A stretch of DNA of 64,000 nt from Deltaproteobacteria bacterium (lineage in GTDB: Bacteria > Desulfobacterota_D > UBA1144 > Nemesobacterales > Nemesobacteraceae), in assembly GCA_029262295.1 (NCBI GenBank), contig JAJCZR010000068.1:9749-73748 (forward strand), written 5' to 3'. Under the pieces are notes generated by a model, which was given only the letters and a program-made list of their open reading frames with translations, did no database searches and was not told where the DNA came from. A program made the translations under genes and the position numbers. Position 1 is the stretch's first letter. Each line of letters opens with the position of its first letter. Shown here piece by piece: positions 8,840 through 17,240 of this stretch.

Positions 8840-10060
8840 TTACCAAAGCGGATTAAAAACAAGTCCCGACATTATTTTTGGATAAAAATAAGTCGTTTTA
8901 TGAGGCATTTTTACCCCATCAAGAACAACTTCAAAAATATCATCAGCGCTGAGTTTTGGAAGTAAGAAGCCAATCTTAAAATCACCTTTTATAACATCAT
9001 TAAATACTTCTTCTGTGAATTTTGAAAACTTTACTCCAGCACTTTTTTCGTTAATGATTTTGCCGAATATCTCACTATGAAGAAGCATTACACCAAGGTT
9101 TTCATAATGCTTTTGTTTAGTTTCTTTGGGAGTTAATTTGTAGATTCCATCTTCATTATCTGTAACTATAGCAATCTGGTTAAATTCAAGGTCTGTCGCA
9201 TCTTCAAGATCAGACTTTTCAATTTTAAAAAACTTTCCAATTTCTTCCATAATTTTATAATCATTCAGTGCCCCAAGATTTTTTATAATCCTGTGTGTTG
9301 GATTAATTATTAATCCCTCTCCCTCACCCCTTGAAAGATACATCATCACATAATCGTAGGGCTTTGTGCCAGAATTTTCTCCGAATTTTTCTCTTTGTTG
9401 ATTTCTATAATTCATCGAGGTTTCATAACGATGATGTCCGTCGGCAATCAAAAGGCTTTTGCCTTTAAGATGATTTTGTATTTCAGAGATAATCCCTGGA
9501 TCAGAAATTTGCCAGAATGTATTTTTAATGCCGTCTTCAGCTTCAATATCAATTAATGGGTTTCCAAGATTGTCGTCTATAAGCTTTTCAACAGCACCTT
9601 CTTTATCTGAATAGACACTGAAAACCTGGCTCATATTTGCGTTACATGCGCTCGTTAGTTTTAGGCGATCTTCTTTATGTTCTTTAAAAGTTTGCTCGTG
9701 AGGTAGGACCGTTTTAGTCTCAAAATCTTCATTTTTCACAACGGCTATAAATCCCTTTCTTTTATAATGTTGACCTTCAAATTCAAATTCCTGATAGTAA
9801 GGATAAATTGAAGGTTCATCTTCCAGGGTTAGTGTATTATTTTCGAGCCATTCTTTGAAAGTAGCACTTGCATTTATATATTTTTCATCTCCCGCACCTT
9901 TGGAAAGGATTAGTCTGATTACATTTAATGGGTCTTTTTGGTAATAGCTTTCCTGTTGCTCACTGTTTATAACATCATAAGGAGGTGCCACCACTTTTGT
10001 GAAATCATTTATTTTGTCCTGATTATAACGAATTCCTTTAAAACCATTAATTTCAGCCAT
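8840..10060 (-). CDS. DUF1015 domain protein
   Basis: 406 aa with the conserved LLIADGHHRYETS motif typical of DUF1015/COG4198. Overlaps tsaC by 8 nt (operon). Confidence 0.55.
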   Translation of the reverse strand: MAEINGFKGIRYNQDKINDFTKVVAPPYDVINSEQQESYYQKDPLNVIRLILSKGAGDEKYINASATFKEWLENNTLTLEDEPSIYPYYQEFEFEGQHYKRKGFIAVVKNEDFETKTVLPHEQTFKEHKEDRLKLTSACNANMSQVFSVYSDKEGAVEKLIDDNLGNPLIDIEAEDGIKNTFWQISDPGIISEIQNHLKGKSLLIADGHHRYETSMNYRNQQREKFGENSGTKPYDYVMMYLSRGEGEGLIINPTHRIIKNLGALNDYKIMEEIGKFFKIEKSDLEDATDLEFNQIAIVTDNEDGIYKLTPKETKQKHYENLGVMLLHSEIFGKIINEKSAGVKFSKFTEEVFNDVIKGDFKIGFLLPKLSADDIFEVVLDGVKMPHKTTYFYPKIMSGLVFNPLW

Positions 10061-10670
10061 GAGTAAATTCCTTTAGTTCGTCTTTGGTTAAGTCCCCTTC
10101 TCTAAGCACTTTAGGAGGGGTTTGAGTAAGGTCGAGGATCGTCGATCCCAACGAAGGGGGAAGGCTACCCGAATCAACAATAAGATCAACTTTGTTAATT
10201 AAACCTTTATAAATATCCTTGAAATCGTTTGAATTTGATTTTCCGCTTATGTTTGCACTTGTTGAGGTAAGAGGCTCATCAATATAATTGAAGAGTTGTT
10301 TTACAAAAGGATTCTTTGAAATTCTCACTGCAATATTTTTATTTTCGCCCACTATAGCAGCTGGAAAATCAACCTTACTCTCAAGAATTAGTGTCAAAGG
10401 TTTTTTTGTATTGATATATTCTTTAAGATATTTTCCTCGTATTTTAAAATATTTTTCCAACATTTTTTTGTCCCTAACAAGCAAAATCATTCCCTTATTT
10501 TCAGGACGGTTTTTGATCTCGAGAATTCTCTTGCAGGATTCACTATTAAATGCAAGACATCCAATCCCATACAGAGTTTCAGTCGGATAAATTATCACAC
10601 CATTTTTGTTCAGACAGTCCGCTGCCTTATTGGGTGTTTCCTTGTTTTTTACTTTAAATATTTTAGTCAA
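10053..10670 (-). CDS. tsaC: L-threonylcarbamoyladenylate synthase, TsaC/YrdC type
   Basis: 205 aa. VIIYPTETLYGIGCLAFNSES...ILEIKNRPENKGMILLV matches the YrdC/Sua5 domain. Confidence 0.8.
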   Translation of the reverse strand: MTKIFKVKNKETPNKAADCLNKNGVIIYPTETLYGIGCLAFNSESCKRILEIKNRPENKGMILLVRDKKMLEKYFKIRGKYLKEYINTKKPLTLILESKVDFPAAIVGENKNIAVRISKNPFVKQLFNYIDEPLTSTSANISGKSNSNDFKDIYKGLINKVDLIVDSGSLPPSLGSTILDLTQTPPKVLREGDLTKDELKEFTHG

Positions 10671-10712
10671 TTTTAAGATCGAATTTTTGAGGATATATTA
10701 TTAACTTAAATT

Positions 10713-12200
10713 ATGTCGAATCCAAATAAAAATAGAAACCATTTATGGAAATCTTCATTTGAGTCGAGGTTAGTCAAGATTCTTGGAAGAGAGCTTGTTA
10801 TTTCTCGTGAAGATGAACTTATTGCCTATGATTGTGATGGGCTCACAGGCTACAGGGTAAAACCCATATTTGTTGTACTTCCTGATACAACAGAGCAGGT
10901 GTCGAAAATTGTAAAACTCTGCCATGAAGAGAAAGTTCCGTTTGTCCCAAGGGGGGCAGGCACAGGGCTTTCCGGAGGAGCTTTGCCAACAGAGGAAGGA
11001 ATTGTTATTTCTCTTGCAAGAATGAATAAGATACTTGAGGTTGATATACCCAGCCGATGTGTTGTTGCTGAGCCTGGTGTTGTAAACGCATGGGTTACAA
11101 ATGAAGTAAGTTCTCGTGGATATTACTATGCTCCTGATCCTTCAAGCCAGGTTGTCTGCACTATCGGCGGGAATGTGGCTGAAAATTCAGGTGGTGTACA
11201 TTGCCTTAAATATGGAGTTACTGTAAATCACGTGCTCGGCGTTGAAATGATTTTGCCAGATGGTGAGATAGTGGAGCTAGGGGGTAAAACCCAGGAAAAT
11301 TTTGGATATGATCTTTTATCTTTAGTAGTGGGTTCAGAGGGGCTTTTGGGAATTGTTACAAAAGTTACTTTAAAAATTATTAAAAAACCTGGCGCAGTAA
11401 AAACACTTTTTGCATCTTTTGAAAAGATTGAAGATGCAGGGGAAGCCGTTTCGGGAATTATTTCAGGCGGAATTATTCCTGCCGGGATGGAGATAATGGA
11501 TAACGTGAGTATAAGGGCGGTCGAATCGACTGTAAACGCTGGTTATCCAGAAGATGCAGGAGCTATACTTTTAGTGGAGCTAGATGGTCCCCCCATAGAA
11601 GTGGAGCTTGAGCTTCCTCTTGTAGAGGATGTACTTAAAAAGAATAATGCTATTGAGATCAAAATTGCAAAAACCGAAACAGAAAGAGAGCTTTTTTGGA
11701 AAGGAAGGAAAAGCGCATTTGCTGCAATGGGGAGAATTAGTCCTGAATACTATGTGCAGGATGGAGTAATTCCAAGAAGTAAACTTGCCGAAGTGTTAGG
11801 AGAAATTGGTGAACTCAGCAAAAAATTTGATCTTATAGTTGCAAATGTTTTTCATGCAGGCGACGGTAATCTTCACCCACTAATACTTTATAACTCAAAA
11901 AATGAAGGTGAACTTGAACGGGCAGAAGTACTTGCAGGAGAGATATTGAATGTGTGTGTTGATGCCGGCGGAAGTATTACAGGTGAGCATGGAGTTGGTT
12001 TTGATAAGAAAAGGTTTATGTCAAAAATGTTTAGTGAACAGGATATAGATACAATGAACCTTGTACGTTGCACTTTTGATAGTGAAGGTCTTTGTAATCC
12101 GGGAAAGGTTTTTCCCACTCCAAGGACATGTGTTGAGCCAGGAATGAAAAAATTTGAAGTTCACCCAATTCAAAAAGAAGGCCGTGGAGAGATGTATTAA
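10713..12200 (+). CDS. glcD: Glycolate oxidase subunit GlcD / FAD-linked oxidase
   Basis: 495 aa. FAD-binding PCMH domain (PRGAGTGLSGGALP) and the C-terminal FAD-oxidase domain. Confidence 0.85.
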   Translation: MSNPNKNRNHLWKSSFESRLVKILGRELVISREDELIAYDCDGLTGYRVKPIFVVLPDTTEQVSKIVKLCHEEKVPFVPRGAGTGLSGGALPTEEGIVISLARMNKILEVDIPSRCVVAEPGVVNAWVTNEVSSRGYYYAPDPSSQVVCTIGGNVAENSGGVHCLKYGVTVNHVLGVEMILPDGEIVELGGKTQENFGYDLLSLVVGSEGLLGIVTKVTLKIIKKPGAVKTLFASFEKIEDAGEAVSGIISGGIIPAGMEIMDNVSIRAVESTVNAGYPEDAGAILLVELDGPPIEVELELPLVEDVLKKNNAIEIKIAKTETERELFWKGRKSAFAAMGRISPEYYVQDGVIPRSKLAEVLGEIGELSKKFDLIVANVFHAGDGNLHPLILYNSKNEGELERAEVLAGEILNVCVDAGGSITGEHGVGFDKKRFMSKMFSEQDIDTMNLVRCTFDSEGLCNPGKVFPTPRTCVEPGMKKFEVHPIQKEGRGEMY

Positions 12201-12208
12201 TTATTAAA

Positions 12209-13501
12209 ATGTCTGATCTCAAGCAACTTTCAAAAATAGTATCTGAATTTGAATTTCTTCAACCTGGAGATGAAAGATTTAATGATGCAGGATTTTCTCC
12301 AAAGCTTTTGCTCTTCCCTGCAAATGTTGAAGAGTTATCTGAGTCTATTAAATTTTGTAATAAATCGAAAATACCTCTTGTTCCAATTGGAAATGGCACT
12401 AAACTTTTTATTGGGAATCCGGTTTCAGATGTGAAAGTGGTTGTCTCGCTCAGGGTTATGAACAAGGTTCTTCAATATGAAACTGCTGATCTGGTCTCAA
12501 CAGTGCAGTGTGGAATACTATTTAAAAAGTTTCAACGTTCACTTAATAAGAAAGGGCAAATGTTACCAATCAATAGCCCCTTTGAAGATAACTCGACAAT
12601 GGGCGGGATTATATCCACAAACCTTTCGGGCCCACTTGCCACCAGATATGGAAGTTGCAGGGAGCTTCTTTTGGGAATCAAGGCTGTTAGGGCAGATGGC
12701 GAAATAATAAATTGTGGTGCAAAAGTTGTAAAAAATGTTGCTGGTTATGACATTCCAAAGCTCATGGTTGGAGCACTTGGCACTCTCATAGTTTTGGCTG
12801 AAGCCACATTCAGGCTCTATCCACGCCAGGAGTTTTCAAAAACAGCAATAATGGTTTTAAATGAAAATCAGGATATTAATGATCTTTTTAATAAAATCTG
12901 CGATATAGATGTTATCCCATCATCATTTGAGATACTTGATAAAAACCTTACGGCAAGATTTTTACCCAAAGTAAAAAATTCAATCTGTGTACTTTATAGA
13001 ATTGAAAGTCTCGAAGATGCTGTTGTAAAACAGATGAAAGATCTTCACAAAATAGTTGGTAAAAAGGTAAATGAATTTTTTGAAATTGATGAAAAATCTG
13101 AAAAAAACCTTTGGAAAAAGGTAAGCAGTTTTCCATTTAATACCAAAAGTAAACTAACTTGCAGGGTAAATTTACCGATTGCTAACTCTTTTAAACTTCT
13201 TGAAATACTTAAAGAGATCAATAAAAGCATGAAAGTGAAAATTGAGTTTCTCTTAAGGCCACAAAGAGGGACCACCTTATTTTCGATTGATGGAGAGCCT
13301 GGTGATATTGTTTATGGAGTCAACCTAATTAGAAGCCAGGTAAAAGCGCTTAAAGGCGCAGTTGCACTTACCTCAGTTGCAGATGAACTTAAAGGGCAGG
13401 TAGATGTATTTGGTGATTTTGGGAGTTCTAAGTTGATTATGAAAAATCTTAAAAATCATTTTGATCCGAACAATATACTTAGCCCGGGAAGGATTTTTTA
13501 G
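12209..13501 (+). CDS. glcE: Glycolate oxidase FAD-binding subunit GlcE-like
   Basis: 430 aa FAD-binding PCMH-type protein (PIGNGTKLFIGNP; ISTNLSGP...VVKNVAGYDIPKLMVGALGTL) immediately after glcD. Confidence 0.75.
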   Translation: MSDLKQLSKIVSEFEFLQPGDERFNDAGFSPKLLLFPANVEELSESIKFCNKSKIPLVPIGNGTKLFIGNPVSDVKVVVSLRVMNKVLQYETADLVSTVQCGILFKKFQRSLNKKGQMLPINSPFEDNSTMGGIISTNLSGPLATRYGSCRELLLGIKAVRADGEIINCGAKVVKNVAGYDIPKLMVGALGTLIVLAEATFRLYPRQEFSKTAIMVLNENQDINDLFNKICDIDVIPSSFEILDKNLTARFLPKVKNSICVLYRIESLEDAVVKQMKDLHKIVGKKVNEFFEIDEKSEKNLWKKVSSFPFNTKSKLTCRVNLPIANSFKLLEILKEINKSMKVKIEFLLRPQRGTTLFSIDGEPGDIVYGVNLIRSQVKALKGAVALTSVADELKGQVDVFGDFGSSKLIMKNLKNHFDPNNILSPGRIF

Positions 13502-13507
13502 TTAATT

Positions 13508-14293
13508 ATGATAAGAAGAGATATAGATGGGGGTTGGATACTTATTACCCAGGACGACCATGCAGTCCTTTCTTTTGATATTATGAAAAACTGGGGAAAT
13601 AGTAGGTTCGAGGAAATTATTCCAAATGAGCAGGTTTTAACTGCAATTAAAGAACATGATTGCGGTTGGAAAAAATGGGATAGCAGTTCCGTATTAAATA
13701 AGCAGAATAACTACCCTACCAATTTTATCGAGATGTACACTAACGATCAATATGTAATATGGAAAAACTCTTATGAAAGTCTGAGAGATGATTCAAGTTA
13801 CGCAGCATCACTTGTAGCTCTTCACTTCTCAAAGTTTAATAATAATACTCTTACTAAAAACCCTGATAATCGGACTGCAAAAATATTGAGGGATAAAATA
13901 AATAAATTTGTTCAAAGGAATCTTAAATTAAACTCAGATAATAAAGATAAAAATGGGTTTCTTCCAATTGATGTTAGGATAAATCTCAGGTTTTTGCAAA
14001 TAGGTGATATTGTTTCTCTTGCACTTTGCCATGGTTGGAGTTCAACTGAGATTGAAAATGTGCCGCTAAACTATCATGATGATAATGTGATTTTAAAACT
14101 GAGTTCGCAGGATGGTTTAAACTATGAAATAGACCCAAATCCTTTTCCTGAGAATAATCTAGAATTTAAAGTTAAAGGAAAAAAGCTTCTGAAAAAAGAG
14201 TTTAAGTCACAAGATGAGCTAGACATGGCTTTCAGTGATGCAACAGAACAAATTCTTTCGTTTTCAATTTGCAGCTGCCAGGAGGAAAGATAA
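13508..14293 (+). CDS. Hypothetical protein embedded in the glc operon (possibly DUF3891-like; assignment uncertain)
   Basis: 261 aa ORF tightly packed between glcE (7-nt gap) and glcF (0-nt gap). No recognisable catalytic motif. C-terminal CSC. Confidence 0.5.
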   Translation: MIRRDIDGGWILITQDDHAVLSFDIMKNWGNSRFEEIIPNEQVLTAIKEHDCGWKKWDSSSVLNKQNNYPTNFIEMYTNDQYVIWKNSYESLRDDSSYAASLVALHFSKFNNNTLTKNPDNRTAKILRDKINKFVQRNLKLNSDNKDKNGFLPIDVRINLRFLQIGDIVSLALCHGWSSTEIENVPLNYHDDNVILKLSSQDGLNYEIDPNPFPENNLEFKVKGKKLLKKEFKSQDELDMAFSDATEQILSFSICSCQEER

Positions 14294-15589
14294 ATACCTA
14301 CTTTTAAAGCTTTTGATGAAATAGATAAACCGGATAAAAAAATAATTGATGATTGCGTTCACTGCGGGTTTTGTCTGTCTGCATGTCCGACTTATCTTCA
14401 GACAGGAAATGAACTTGATTCCCCAAGGGGAAGAATTTATTTAATTAAGTCTGCAGCAGCCGGTGAAATAGATATGGACCTCTCACTTGTTAATCATCTT
14501 GATTTGTGCCTTGGTTGCCTTGCTTGTGAGACAGCATGTCCATCAGGGGTTAAATACGGAAGCCTTATTGAGACTGCAAGGGCACAGATAGAAAGAAGAT
14601 ATGAGAGGGGATGGTTCGATAAGGCTTTTAAATCTTTACTGTTTAGTTTGTTTCCTTACGCATCAAGACTAAAATTGATGCTACCCTTTTTCTACCTGTT
14701 AAATCTTTTGAAACTGAAAAGCGTAATAAAACCTGAGTTTTTATACAGAATAAATCCAAAGCTGGGAGCACTTTTTGATGTTCTTCCCGAAGTTAGCACC
14801 CCATTTGTAGAAAAACTTGGGGAATTAATTCCATCAAAGACAGAGAAAAAGTACAGGGTTGCAATGCTTACCGGATGTGTTCAAAGTGCGTTTTTTTCAA
14901 AAACTAACCAGGCGACTGTTAATGTATTAACAAGTAATGGGTGCGAAGTTGTAATCCCTAAAGGACAGGGTTGTTGTGGCGCACTTTCAATTCACTCAGG
15001 AAGGCTTAGTGAAGGTAAAGAGTTTGCAAGAAAGTTGATTGATACATTCACAAAACTTGATGTGGATGCAATTGTTGTTAACTCTGCAGGTTGCGGCTCA
15101 TCAATGAAAGAGTATGGATATATTTTTAAAAATGACCCAGCTTACAAAATAAAAGCAGAAAAGTTATCTCAAAAAACTAAAGATATAATGGAGTTTCTCT
15201 CAGAAATAGGGATTGAAAGTGAACTGCAACCTCTCGATTTAAAAATTACTTATCAGGATGCTTGTCATATTATTCATGGACAAAGAATAAAAAATGAGCC
15301 GCGTGAGATCCTCGAAAAAATTCCAGAACTTAAACTTATAGAAATGAAAAACTCTGATAGATGCTGCGGGAGCGCTGGAATTTATAATATTACCCAGCCG
15401 GATATGTCTCAAAAAATCCTGCATGAGAAAGTGGAAAATATAGAACAAACAGGTTCAGATTATCTTGTTGCCGGTAACCCGGGGTGTCTTTTGCAGATTA
15501 AAAAGGGTTTTACTAAAAACCAAAAAAGCATAAAAACTGCACATCCAGTTGAAATTCTCAACTGGTCAATCAAAGGCAAAATAAGCTAA
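14294..15589 (+). CDS. glcF: Glycolate oxidase iron-sulfur subunit GlcF; start codon non-canonical (AUA at 14294?) or the gene is disrupted
   Basis: The first 4Fe-4S motif CVHCGFCLSACPTY (14354-14395) and ELDSPRGRIYLIK lie upstream of the first ATG (14474). The second cluster CLGCLACETACPSG and the CCG domains follow. The frame is open back to the TAA of the upstream ORF. AGGAGG at 14280-14285 lies 8 nt before ATA at 14294. Confidence 0.75.
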   Translation: MPTFKAFDEIDKPDKKIIDDCVHCGFCLSACPTYLQTGNELDSPRGRIYLIKSAAAGEIDMDLSLVNHLDLCLGCLACETACPSGVKYGSLIETARAQIERRYERGWFDKAFKSLLFSLFPYASRLKLMLPFFYLLNLLKLKSVIKPEFLYRINPKLGALFDVLPEVSTPFVEKLGELIPSKTEKKYRVAMLTGCVQSAFFSKTNQATVNVLTSNGCEVVIPKGQGCCGALSIHSGRLSEGKEFARKLIDTFTKLDVDAIVVNSAGCGSSMKEYGYIFKNDPAYKIKAEKLSQKTKDIMEFLSEIGIESELQPLDLKITYQDACHIIHGQRIKNEPREILEKIPELKLIEMKNSDRCCGSAGIYNITQPDMSQKILHEKVENIEQTGSDYLVAGNPGCLLQIKKGFTKNQKSIKTAHPVEILNWSIKGKIS

Positions 15590-15593
15590 AGTT

Positions 15594-15620
15594 CCAACCC
15601 TAAATCTGACTTAGGGTTGG
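15594..15620. terminator. Perfect 10-bp inverted repeat (CCAACCCTAA-N7-TTAGGGTTGG) between convergent glcF and the HU gene; candidate bidirectional terminator hairpin
   Basis: Seen directly in the sequence between the glcF stop (15589) and the HU stop (15635). Confidence 0.45.
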
Positions 15621-15634
15621 AAAGTATTACAAAA

Positions 15635-15925
15635 TTAACCTAAAATTGCGTCTTTACAGGCTTTTGCTACTCTGAATTTCACGACTTTTTTAGCTGGAAT
15701 CTGAATTACTTCACCTGTGGCAGGGTTTCTTCCAGTTCTTGCTTTTCTGTCGCTTAAAACTAGTTTACCAATTCCAGGTAATGTGAATTGACCTTTTTTC
15801 TTTGCTTCACCACAAGCAATTTCTGCTATTTCATCGAGCAGATCATTTGCGGCTTTTTTTGTAAGACCTGTTCTTTCAGCAATTTCACCTGAAAGAGCTG
15901 ATTTAGTCATGGGTTTATTATCCAT
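15635..15925 (-). CDS. hup: HU/IHF family nucleoid-associated DNA-binding protein
   Basis: 96 aa. MTKSALSGEIAERTGLTKKAANDLLDEI...FTLPGIGKLVLSDRKARTGRNPATGEVIQIPAKKVVKFRVAKA matches the HU fold and arm. Confidence 0.85.
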   Translation of the reverse strand: MDNKPMTKSALSGEIAERTGLTKKAANDLLDEIAEIACGEAKKKGQFTLPGIGKLVLSDRKARTGRNPATGEVIQIPAKKVVKFRVAKACKDAILG

Positions 15926-16106
15926 TACTCCTCCTATTAATAAAGTAATAAAAAATCTATACTAATGTAAATATTGAGAAAAATCAACTTCAAGCTTTGT
16001 AGGCTTTTTGAAAATGATTTTTAAACTTATCAAATATCGATAAACTATTATCCATATCTATTTTATATTGAATTTTAAACTTTTTCCAGCCAATTGGTGT
16101 AATAGC

Positions 16107-17234
16107 ATGAAATTAACAAAAGACACGAAAAACAAAAAGTGGTTTGTATTCTTTTTAATATTTATTGGATTCATTGTATTTCTCGGATTTTTGTATCTAA
16201 GGCTTTTATCTGTGAGGTCTGAAGCTGCAAAAAGTTTTAACAATGATTCTGCTAAACCTGTAAAAGTAATTCCCCTGGAAAAAACAGAAGGGTGGCTTTA
16301 TAGAGAAGTTTTGGGAAGAGTGGAAGGGAATCAACAGATAGACATTAAAACAAATGTGAGTGGCTGGGTTGAGGGCAAAAATTTAAAAAGAGGAAACCCG
16401 GTTAATAAAGATGAGGTAATACTTACACTTTATGATGACAGGACCGAAGCTTCTCTTACAGAAGCTCAGTTTAATCTTAAATCTGCTAAGGCAAAGCTCA
16501 AAGAAAGCAAAAGAAAATACAATCAGAATAAACTATTGCTCGAAAAGGGTATTGTTTCAAAAGATACTGTGGATGAGAGTGAAAACCTTGTAAGTATTGA
16601 TAACGCTAATGTCAGGTCACTTGAAGCCTCACTTAAAAAGATGCAGTTTGATTTTGATAAACTTAATGTTCGCTCTCCTATTTCAGGACAGGTTGTTGAA
16701 GTGCTTCCGGATGTGGGCCAGGAGGTAATAGAAGGAGAGGTTGTTGCTAAAGTTGTAAATCTTTCGTCTATTCATATTATTGTCGGTGTTGATGCCTCTC
16801 TCGCAAGATCTATAGATACGAACTCGCCAGTCGAACTTACGCTCAAGCTTAATGGTGATATTGAAAAAACCACTGGTAGGGTAGTGGGCGTGAGTAAGGA
16901 TTTTGCTGCTAACTCAGGGATATATGAAGTTGAAATAAAGATTGATGATAAAGATGTAAATTGGTGGCCAGGTGAGATTGTGTCTGTAAAAATACCTACA
17001 AAGAAGTTTCGTGATGTTGTAAGAATTCCAAGATCTGCAGTGTTGTCAGATAGCAGCGAGATATTTATTTTTGTAGTGAATGAAGGACTTTCTTTAAAAG
17101 TACCAATAAATGTAACCTGGATTGATGATAAATATGGTTTTACTAATGCAGATAATATTCCACTTAACTCACAAATAATTACCGAAGGTGCTTCCGGGCT
17201 TACATCCGGCCAGCAGGTAAAAATTCTCAATTAA
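16107..17234 (+). CDS. RND efflux periplasmic adaptor (membrane fusion protein, HlyD family)
   Basis: N-terminal TM, coiled-coil (EASLTEAQFNLKSAKAKLKESKRKYNQNKLLLEKGIVSKDTVDE), lipoyl/beta-barrel motifs (VRSPISGQVVEV). Directly upstream of the RND pump. The ATG at 16107 is preferred over 16068. Confidence 0.8.
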   Translation: MKLTKDTKNKKWFVFFLIFIGFIVFLGFLYLRLLSVRSEAAKSFNNDSAKPVKVIPLEKTEGWLYREVLGRVEGNQQIDIKTNVSGWVEGKNLKRGNPVNKDEVILTLYDDRTEASLTEAQFNLKSAKAKLKESKRKYNQNKLLLEKGIVSKDTVDESENLVSIDNANVRSLEASLKKMQFDFDKLNVRSPISGQVVEVLPDVGQEVIEGEVVAKVVNLSSIHIIVGVDASLARSIDTNSPVELTLKLNGDIEKTTGRVVGVSKDFAANSGIYEVEIKIDDKDVNWWPGEIVSVKIPTKKFRDVVRIPRSAVLSDSSEIFIFVVNEGLSLKVPINVTWIDDKYGFTNADNIPLNSQIITEGASGLTSGQQVKILN

Positions 17235-17240
17235 TAGCTA

